Of a stretch of 37,105 bases of DNA, positions 1 to 6,784 are shown piece after piece. Source of the DNA: Rikenellaceae bacterium (lineage in GTDB: Bacteria; Bacteroidota; Bacteroidia; Bacteroidales; UBA932). Every line of letters begins with the position of its first letter. Position 1 is the stretch's first letter. The stretch covers positions 1 through 37,105 of the forward strand of contig CAAFZB010000006.1 of the NCBI GenBank assembly GCA_900767405.1, in the 5' to 3' direction. A model generated the notes under the pieces. It saw nothing but the letters and a program-made list of their open reading frames with translations, did no database searches and was not told where the DNA came from. Both the position numbers and the translations under genes were made by a program.

Positions 1-80
1 CCCGGACCCGATCCGGGATCGCCAACCTCAAGGGATTGCGGGTCGGGGCCCGCAATGACGGCAGAGGCCCGCAATGACGG
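1..80. repeat. REP-like palindromic doublet (CGTC-tagged type), truncated by the window edge, with a 15-bp partial duplication
   Basis: Hairpins CCCGGA-cccga-TCCGGG (1-17) and ATTGCGGG-tcgggg-CCCGCAAT (35-56), the second followed by GACG (CGTC on the minus strand). GGCCCGCAATGACGG occurs at 47-61 and 66-80. Confidence 0.65.
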
Positions 81-81
81 T

Positions 82-214
82 GGGGTCTGGGGATTCGCCC
101 CAGAATGAACGGAGCGGTAGCGACGCGCTCCTCAGAGCGCACGGCGGTGCGGGCATTTTTGCGCAGCAAAATATGCGGGAGCAAGGAGCCGAGGGGTCTG
201 GGGATTCGCCCCAG
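82..214. repeat. Structured element bounded by two identical 22-bp direct repeats
   Basis: GGGGTCTGGGGATTCGCCCCAG at 82-103 and 193-214, each containing the hairpin CTGGGG-attcg-CCCCAG. The 89-bp interior has several further stems. Confidence 0.8.
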
Positions 215-229
215 TATAAAAGAGGTGAG

Positions 230-1801
230 CTATTCAACCAGCTCACCTCTTTTGTTGTAGAACTCATATTGCAGGATACTGTACTCGGTAACTTCCACCA
301 GTTTGAGTCTGCACTTGTACTTCTTTTTCCACTTGCCTATGAATGAATTGAATACGCCTCTCGAAAGGTATGCTCCCAGAATGGGGCTCGTCTTGAGGAT
401 AAGGCTGTCAAGGCCCTTTTCATTGACGAAATATGCGATCTGACGCTCGATCTGCTCGTCAATCACTACCGTAGAGGCGATTTTCCCGGTCCCGTGACAC
501 AGAGGGCATTGCTCCGTGGTATTGATCTTGGTGACCGGACGTATTCTCTGACGCGTTATCTGCATCAGTCCGAACTTTGTGAGAGGCAGCACATTGTGCT
601 TTGCCCTTTCATTGCTCATAAGCTCCACCATATATTTGTAGAGCTCGTTGCGGTGCTCTGCCGAATCCATATCTATGAAATCGACAATGACAATGCCTCC
701 CATATCCCGAAGTCTGAGTTGGCGGGCGATTTCCTCGGCTGCCAGTTTGTTGACCTCGAATGAATTCTCCTCCTGATCGTCGGTTTTTACCCGAATGCCG
801 CTGTTTACGTCAATGACGTTGAGGGCCTCGGTTGTTTCGATGACCAGATATGCCCCCTGCTTGAGGGGAACGACCTTTCCGAAGCTGCTCTTGATCTGCC
901 GGGTAACTTCAAAATAGTCGAAGATAGGCTCCTTCCCTTCGTAGTGCTTTACGATTTTCTCCTGGTCCGGAGAAATCGTACTTACATAAGCTCTGGCTTC
1001 TTCATAGACATTCCCGTCATTTATGTAAATGTTGGAGAAACTGTCGTTCAGAAGATCCCTGAGAATCGCCGTAGTCTTGCTGCATTCAGAGAAAAGCAGT
1101 CCTACGCTCTTGCGCTTCTCAAACTTTTTCCAGGATCCCTCCCATTTGTTTATGAGGGACTGGAGCTCCGACACCAGTACCGAAGCATTCTTGCCTTCGG
1201 CAGCGGTGCGTATGATAGCTCCGTAATTTGGGGGAAGAATACTCTGAACCAGAGTCTCCAGCCTGCGCTTTTCTTCCCGGGAAGAAATTTTTTGGGAAAT
1301 GCTCACCTTCTGTGCGAAGGGGAGCAGTACAATGTTGCGTCCTGCCAATGAGATTTCGGCCGAAAGCCTTGACCCCTTTGTGGAAATGGGCTCCTTGACA
1401 ATCTGCGCCATTATCATCTGTCCCGGCTTAAGATAGGTCTCTATCCTGCCCTCCTTTGCAAGAGGCTGTCCCAGCTTTATGTCAGAAAACAGCTCCTTTG
1501 CATTCCTGTTGGGATTCGTCTCCTTTACGAACTTGTCGAAAGCGGGGAAATACAATCCCAGGTCCAGATAATGTATGAATGCTTCCTTGTCTTCGCCAAT
1601 GTCCACGAAAGCGGCGTTGAGTGAAGGCAATATCTTCTTGACTTTACCAAGCAGGACATCACCTACACCAAAGCTTTCCTCTTTGGTCGACTCGCGGTTG
1701 AGTTCTATCAGCTTATGGTTTTCCAATAAAGCGATTCGAACTTCAGCCCCGCCGGCGTCAACCACCAGATTCTTTTCGTTTTTTTCCAATTCCATTGACA
1801 T
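230..1801 (-). CDS. rng: Rne/Rng family ribonuclease (RNase E/G)
   Basis: S1 domain (AAFVDIG), catalytic-region motifs DVNSG and DFIDM, Zn-link CPLCHGTG; 523 aa with no long scaffold tail. Confidence 0.93.
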   Translation of the reverse strand: MSMELEKNEKNLVVDAGGAEVRIALLENHKLIELNRESTKEESFGVGDVLLGKVKKILPSLNAAFVDIGEDKEAFIHYLDLGLYFPAFDKFVKETNPNRNAKELFSDIKLGQPLAKEGRIETYLKPGQMIMAQIVKEPISTKGSRLSAEISLAGRNIVLLPFAQKVSISQKISSREEKRRLETLVQSILPPNYGAIIRTAAEGKNASVLVSELQSLINKWEGSWKKFEKRKSVGLLFSECSKTTAILRDLLNDSFSNIYINDGNVYEEARAYVSTISPDQEKIVKHYEGKEPIFDYFEVTRQIKSSFGKVVPLKQGAYLVIETTEALNVIDVNSGIRVKTDDQEENSFEVNKLAAEEIARQLRLRDMGGIVIVDFIDMDSAEHRNELYKYMVELMSNERAKHNVLPLTKFGLMQITRQRIRPVTKINTTEQCPLCHGTGKIASTVVIDEQIERQIAYFVNEKGLDSLILKTSPILGAYLSRGVFNSFIGKWKKKYKCRLKLVEVTEYSILQYEFYNKRGELVE

Positions 1802-1819
1802 TCTTTTTATAACAGAAAA

Positions 1820-1835
1820 GCCGTATGAATACGGC
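1820..1835 (-). terminator. Terminator-like hairpin just upstream of rng
   Basis: Minus strand GCCGTA-ttca-TACGGC followed by TTTTCTGTT. Confidence 0.4.
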
Positions 1836-1848
1836 CATTCAAAACGAA

Positions 1849-1875
1849 AGGCCCTGCGGATCTCCCGCCGGGCCT
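1849..1875 (-). terminator. Terminator-like hairpin after the bS22-like ORF
   Basis: Minus strand AGGCCC-g-GCGG-gagat-CCGC-a-GGGCCT followed by TTCGTTTT, starting 7 nt after the stop codon. Confidence 0.5.
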
Positions 1876-1882
1876 CCCGCGA

Positions 1883-1972
1883 CTATTTCTTCTTATGTCT
1901 ATTCTTGCGCAAACGTTTCTTACGTTTGTGAGTAGCCATTTTGTGTCTCTTATGCTTCTTTCCGTTAGGCAT
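1883..1972 (-). CDS. Small basic ribosomal protein bS22-like (AURKAIP1/COX24 family), 29 aa, absent from the ORF track
   Basis: Manual translation MPNGKKHKRHKMATHKRKKRLRKNRHKKK*, with an AT-rich upstream context 20 nt after the HU stop. Matches the Bacteroidota bS22 pattern as I recall it. Confidence 0.85.
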   Translation of the reverse strand: MPNGKKHKRHKMATHKRKKRLRKNRHKKK

Positions 1973-1992
1973 AGTTTATATAGTTTGAAATA

Positions 1993-2259
1993 TTATTTGA
2001 TTGTGAAGACTTTCGCAGGCTTGAATGCAGGAATATCGTGTGCGGGAATGGTGATGGTAGTTTTCTTTGTAATGTTGCGTGCGGCTTTCTGTGCACGATG
2101 CTTTACGATGAAACTGCCGAATCCGCGGAGATATACTGGATTATTCTTGGATACAGAATCCTTTACGCTTTCCATAAAGGCCTCTACGACTGTCTGTACG
2201 GTTACTTTCTCAATGCCGGTAGCCTTTGCAACCTGATTTACGATGTCTGCTTTAGTCAT
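1993..2259 (-). CDS. hup: HU family DNA-binding protein (88 aa; start moved to ATG 2259)
   Basis: MTKADIV...VYLRGFGSF...RAQKAARN...IPAHDIPAFKPAK is the HU/IHF signature. Confidence 0.93.
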   Translation of the reverse strand: MTKADIVNQVAKATGIEKVTVQTVVEAFMESVKDSVSKNNPVYLRGFGSFIVKHRAQKAARNITKKTTITIPAHDIPAFKPAKVFTIK

Positions 2260-2307
2260 ATTATAGTTCTTTAAATTGTTAGCAATCCTAATTGCTGTAA
2301 GGGAGTG

Positions 2308-2338
2308 CAAAAATAGACTTAAATTTTTAATATTCAAA
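2308..2338 (-). promoter_or_regulatory. Bacteroidota sigma-A promoter for hup
   Basis: Minus strand TTTG (2338-2335), 19-nt spacer, TATTTTTG (2315-2308), matching the -33/-7 consensus. Confidence 0.7.
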
Positions 2339-2428
2339 ATTCTATAGCTAATTTTGATTGCAATTTTTCTGGCACGGCAATTGACCATATACCATTCGAA
2401 TTAATTTACTGACATTTTGGCAAAAGAT

Positions 2429-4828
2429 ATGAACATAGAGACAGAGTTTATGCTCCCCAGCGGCGCTGAAGTCAGCATTATCCCTGTAATGCAAGGAGAG
2501 GGCGTCCCTCCCGTAGAAGATTCGGAATTGCCTGATACACTGCCAATTCTGGCACTTCGCAATGCGGTTTTGTTCCCGGGAACCATATTCCCTATAACCA
2601 TAGGCCGTGACAAATCTGTCAAACTCATAAGAGACGCAGAGAAAAACGGCTTCTTCATAGGTGCCGTACCTCAGATAGACGTTATGGTCGAAGATCCCCA
2701 GCAGGAGGACCTTTACCCTTACGGTACGGTTACCAAGATTATCCGCACCCTCGACATGCCGGATGGTACAATCACTGCTATCCTTCAGGCATACAAGAGG
2801 TTGGAACTTGATGCAGTGCTTGGATACGAGCCCTACATCACAGCCAGGGTGCACTACCTTTCAGAAGAGACCCATTCCTGTGACGACCCCGACGCAAAGG
2901 CCATCGCAGATGCCCTCAAGGATAAGGCCATCCAGCTTATCAAGGGAGCTAATTTCACTTCCAAAGAGGCGGTTGGCGCTCTCAGGGGCATAGACAACTT
3001 CCACTTTCTTGTAAACTTCATCGCCACAACCGTAGAGGTCGACAACTTTTCCGACAGAATGGAACTGCTGCAGTACGACGATGTCAAAATCCGTGCGCTC
3101 AAGCTTCTTTCCATTCTGAGTTCGCAGCTCGAACTGCTTAAGATAAAGCAGGAAATCAACCAGAAGGTAAAGAGCGAGATAGACCAGCAGCAGAGGGAAT
3201 ATTACCTCAACAACCAGCTGCGTACCATCCAGGAAGAGCTTGGAATGGATGATGCCGAGGAATTCGACCGTTTCCGCGCCAGGGCTGCCGAAAAGAAATG
3301 GCCCGAGGCCGTGGGGAAGCAGTTCGAGAAGGAACTGGCGAAACTCGAGAAATACAATCCCAGCTCTCCCGATTACAGCGTGCAGTATAACTTCCTGGAA
3401 TTCCTGCTCAACCTTCCCTGGGGAGAGATGAGCAAGGACAATCTGGACCTTTCCCACGCTCAGAAGGTCCTGGACAAAGACCACTTCGGCCTGGACAACG
3501 TAAAGGACCGAATAATAGAGTATCTGGCAGTGCTTAAGCTCAAGGGAAATATGAAATCCCCTATCCTTTGCCTGTACGGGCCTCCCGGTGTGGGAAAGAC
3601 CTCCCTCGGAAAGTCCATAGCGAAGTCCCTGGGACGCAAATACGTGAGAATCTCGCTCGGAGGAATGCACGATGAGGCGGAAATCCGCGGACACCGCAAG
3701 ACCTATGTAGGAGCTCTTCCCGGCAGGATTCTGAACGGAATCGAAAGAGCCGGCACATCCAATCCCGTCATAGTTCTCGACGAAATTGACAAATTGGCGT
3801 CGGACTTCAAGGGTGACCCTTCATCTGCTTTGCTGGAAGTCCTGGATCCTGAGCAGAACTCCACCTTCCACGACAACTATCTTGATATCGACTACGATTT
3901 GAGCAATGTCCTCTTCATTACTACCGCCAACAGTATTTCAAGCATTCAGCCGGCGCTTCTTGACCGAATGGAGATGATAAACGTAAGCGGATACCTTGCC
4001 GAGGAAAAGGCCGAGATCGCAAAGAAATATCTGGTGCCCAAGCAGTTGGAGGAACACGGATTGAAGAAAGGTACGCTCAAGCTGGACAACTCTGCAATCA
4101 GGGCTATCATAGACCAGTACACCCACGAATCGGGCGTTCGCGGCCTGGAAAAGCAGATAGCGAAGATTGCCCGTGTTACCGCAAAGAAGATCGCTCTGGA
4201 ACAGGAGTACCCCGCTACTATCAGGAAAGAGCATCTCAAGGAATATCTGGGGCTTCCCACGGCATTCCACGATTCCCAGGACGGCAATGAGTTCCCGGGT
4301 GTCGTAACCGGACTGGCCTGGACCCAGATGGGCGGCGAGATTCTGTTCGTGGAGAGCAGCGTAAGCGAAGGCAAGGGCGTTATGACTATGACCGGCAATC
4401 TGGGTGACGTTATGAAGGAGTCGGCTACCATTGCCTACCAGTATATCAAGGCTCATCCGCAGATGGCACTGATCAGTCCCGAAGACTTTGCAAAGAAGGA
4501 TATCCACGTACACGTGCCCGAAGGCGCAACCCCCAAGGATGGCCCTTCCGCCGGTATTACTATGGTAAGTTCTATGGTGAGCGCTCTCAGAGGCAAGGCA
4601 GTCAGGAAAGGCATTGCGATGACCGGAGAGATGACCCTCAGGGGAAAAGTCCTGCCGGTAGGCGGAATAAAGGAGAAGATCCTTGCCGCCAAGCGTGCCG
4701 GAGTCAAGACCATAGTGATATGTGAAGATAACCGCAAGGACATCGAGGATATCAAGGAGATCTACGTAAAGGGCTTAAGCTTCCATTACGTAAAGGATAT
4801 CAAGGATGTGATAGATTTTATCTTCTAA
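2429..4828 (+). CDS. lon: ATP-dependent Lon protease (endopeptidase La)
   Basis: LON N-domain (LPILALRNAVLFP), Walker A GPPGVGKT, Walker B VLDEID, catalytic KDGPSAG and GGIKEK. ATG 2429 preferred over TTG 2417. Confidence 0.97.
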   Translation: MNIETEFMLPSGAEVSIIPVMQGEGVPPVEDSELPDTLPILALRNAVLFPGTIFPITIGRDKSVKLIRDAEKNGFFIGAVPQIDVMVEDPQQEDLYPYGTVTKIIRTLDMPDGTITAILQAYKRLELDAVLGYEPYITARVHYLSEETHSCDDPDAKAIADALKDKAIQLIKGANFTSKEAVGALRGIDNFHFLVNFIATTVEVDNFSDRMELLQYDDVKIRALKLLSILSSQLELLKIKQEINQKVKSEIDQQQREYYLNNQLRTIQEELGMDDAEEFDRFRARAAEKKWPEAVGKQFEKELAKLEKYNPSSPDYSVQYNFLEFLLNLPWGEMSKDNLDLSHAQKVLDKDHFGLDNVKDRIIEYLAVLKLKGNMKSPILCLYGPPGVGKTSLGKSIAKSLGRKYVRISLGGMHDEAEIRGHRKTYVGALPGRILNGIERAGTSNPVIVLDEIDKLASDFKGDPSSALLEVLDPEQNSTFHDNYLDIDYDLSNVLFITTANSISSIQPALLDRMEMINVSGYLAEEKAEIAKKYLVPKQLEEHGLKKGTLKLDNSAIRAIIDQYTHESGVRGLEKQIAKIARVTAKKIALEQEYPATIRKEHLKEYLGLPTAFHDSQDGNEFPGVVTGLAWTQMGGEILFVESSVSEGKGVMTMTGNLGDVMKESATIAYQYIKAHPQMALISPEDFAKKDIHVHVPEGATPKDGPSAGITMVSSMVSALRGKAVRKGIAMTGEMTLRGKVLPVGGIKEKILAAKRAGVKTIVICEDNRKDIEDIKEIYVKGLSFHYVKDIKDVIDFIF

Positions 4829-5604
4829 AGGCTGGATTCCAGCTGGGGAAGATTTTCGACTTCCAGACGGCGGCCTGTGATATGGCCGTCGTTTTTTATT
4901 GTAAACAGCTTGGGAGTGGCCAGCACCCCGTAGCTTTGGACAAAGTCGGAGTCCATTCCGGGATCCCACAGGTGGATTACCTTGAGATTTCTGTTCCCTA
5001 TTCTGAAACCCTTCCTCCATTTCTTCCATTTCGCCTTATCTGTGCCAACGTAAACGGCATAGAAATCCACCTTGGTCTTCCATCCCTTCAGAACGGTAGG
5101 AAGCACCTGTGTTTCCAGCTTGCATTTTGCGCAGTCGGTATCGTAGAAAAAAAGGATTGCGCTGCGGCCGGGGCGGGGGATGACGGTCTTTCCGCCACAG
5201 GGACGCCGGAGCGTGAGAGACGGTGCCGGGCACCCCAGGAGCGATTGTCTGTTGAATCTGGCGAAAACCTTGGCGTCCAGATACTGCTCCTCGCTTTCGA
5301 AAGCCGCAAGTCCGCTCTCGAACCACTTGTCCCACAGATAGACGGCCACCGCCTCATCGCCCATAATACGGGATTTGCTGTAATGGTTATAGAGCCTTAC
5401 GGCCAGATGACTTACCATTGCGCTGTCGCTGAGTGAAGAAAGCAGAAAATCGCATTCCTGCCGCTTCATCTCGACAGGCTCCAGAGCAATCAGTTCTGTG
5501 TAGTTGTCGGCAAGCGAATCCAGTTTCTGCATCACCGGATCTTCCTGAGCAGATGCCAGCAGAGGAAGAATCAGCAATGCAAGTATTGCGATGAAACGTC
5601 TCAT
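4825..5604 (-). CDS. Exported thioredoxin-fold (TlpA/AhpC-TSA-like) protein
   Basis: Signal peptide, APSLTL, FFYDTDCAKCK (CxxC), YGVLATPKLF (cis-Pro loop). Confidence 0.75.
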   Translation of the reverse strand: MRRFIAILALLILPLLASAQEDPVMQKLDSLADNYTELIALEPVEMKRQECDFLLSSLSDSAMVSHLAVRLYNHYSKSRIMGDEAVAVYLWDKWFESGLAAFESEEQYLDAKVFARFNRQSLLGCPAPSLTLRRPCGGKTVIPRPGRSAILFFYDTDCAKCKLETQVLPTVLKGWKTKVDFYAVYVGTDKAKWKKWRKGFRIGNRNLKVIHLWDPGMDSDFVQSYGVLATPKLFTIKNDGHITGRRLEVENLPQLESSL

Positions 5605-6071
5605 AGAACCTCGGGGAGCTTTACCCCGGGAACAGTGAACATTGACGTGTCGCCCTTGTGCTTGATGATATCGCGTACTGCACTTGAGGAAATATGCGCG
5701 AATTCCTGTGCGGTAGGAATGATTATGGTCTCGATTTCGGGAGCCAGACGGCGGTTGGCATCGGCAATGGCGCGTTCGTTATCGAAATCCATCATATTCC
5801 TCACGCCCCTGACTATGTGCCGTATTCCCATCTGGCGGCAGATATCCACGGTAAGTCCGTCATAGCTCACTATGCTTACCCCCGGGATTCCTTTTACCGC
5901 TTCGCTGATTATGCCGGTGCGCTGGTCCATATCAAAGAATCCCCGCTTATCCTGATTTATACCCACCGCAATCACGACTTCGTCGAACATTGTGAGGGCT
6001 CTCCTGAGTATGTTAAGATGCCCGGCCGTAAAGGGGTCGAACGATCCGGGAAACAATGCTTTCTTGTTCAT
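5601..6071 (-). CDS. coaD: Pantetheine-phosphate adenylyltransferase
   Basis: FPGSFDPFTAGH, IVRGVR, ISSSAVR. Confidence 0.95.
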   Translation of the reverse strand: MNKKALFPGSFDPFTAGHLNILRRALTMFDEVVIAVGINQDKRGFFDMDQRTGIISEAVKGIPGVSIVSYDGLTVDICRQMGIRHIVRGVRNMMDFDNERAIADANRRLAPEIETIIIPTAQEFAHISSSAVRDIIKHKGDTSMFTVPGVKLPEVL

Positions 6072-6077
6072 ATCCTG

Positions 6078-6085
6078 CAAATATA
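6078..6085 (-). promoter_or_regulatory. Internal -7 box ahead of coaD
   Basis: Minus strand TATATTTG ends 6 nt before the ATG, inside an 18-bp gap. Confidence 0.5.
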
Positions 6086-6089
6086 CCGC

Positions 6090-6773
6090 TTAATTCCTTC
6101 TTGCCAAACCTATGTAATAGAAAAGCGTGGCAAGAGATCCTAGAGCTGCGATTACATAGGTCAATGCGGCCCATTTGAGGGCATCTGCGGCCATGTCCTG
6201 AGTCTCGAAGTCCGATATGCCCGAGCCGTTAAGCCATTCCAGGGCGCGGTGGCTGGCATTGATCTCTACCGGGAGGGTGATGAAGCTGAACAGGGTGGTG
6301 GCTGCAAACAGACCTATTCCAACATACAGGAGGGTTGGACCAAGGAAATTGGCAACCAGAAGCCCGAGCAGGATGACCCAGGTGACTGTCCTGTTGGCAA
6401 ACGTCACCACGGGAACCAGGGATGAGCGCAGCTTCAGCGGGCCGTAGCCTACGGCGTGCTGAATGGCGTGGCCGGTCTCGTGGGCGGCCACGGCCGCAGC
6501 GGCGATGCTGCGCTGCGAGTAGACTCCCTCACTCAGGTTCACCGTTTTGCTCTCCGGGTTGTAGTGGTCTGTGAGCATACCGGGGACAGAAACTATCTTG
6601 ACATCGGTGATTCCGTTGTCCCTCAGCATTTTAGCTGCGACCTCCGCACCTGTCAGGGCGCCTCTCGTGGGAATGCGGGAATATTTTTCGAACCTCGCAT
6701 TGAGGGTTTGCTGGATGATGAACGAAAAAATCATCACCCCTATCATTATTATCCAAAGAAATGAACTCGTCAT
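6090..6773 (-). CDS. Membrane neutral zinc metallopeptidase (YugP / Zn_peptidase_2 family)
   Basis: LTDHYNP, AVAAHETGHAIQH (HExxH), TLPVEINAS, AALTYV. Confidence 0.9.
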   Translation of the reverse strand: MTSSFLWIIMIGVMIFSFIIQQTLNARFEKYSRIPTRGALTGAEVAAKMLRDNGITDVKIVSVPGMLTDHYNPESKTVNLSEGVYSQRSIAAAAVAAHETGHAIQHAVGYGPLKLRSSLVPVVTFANRTVTWVILLGLLVANFLGPTLLYVGIGLFAATTLFSFITLPVEINASHRALEWLNGSGISDFETQDMAADALKWAALTYVIAALGSLATLFYYIGLARRN

Positions 6774-6784
6774 AATCCAAATTT

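Noticed and set aside
82..214. CRISPR mini-array reading of the two 22-bp palindromic repeats
   Set aside because: Only two units, an 89-bp highly structured spacer, no AT-rich leader and no cas genes in the window.
28..346. ORFs 28..267 (-) and 74..346 (+) as real genes
   Set aside because: They run through the palindromic element, overlap the rng 3' end and have no recognisable domain or start context.
2260..2388. N-terminal extensions in the ORF track (HU, hslR, ackA, FKBP, mazG, tcdA, LytTR and others)
   Set aside because: The extensions cross promoter boxes or neighbouring genes; family similarity begins at the downstream ATGs used here.
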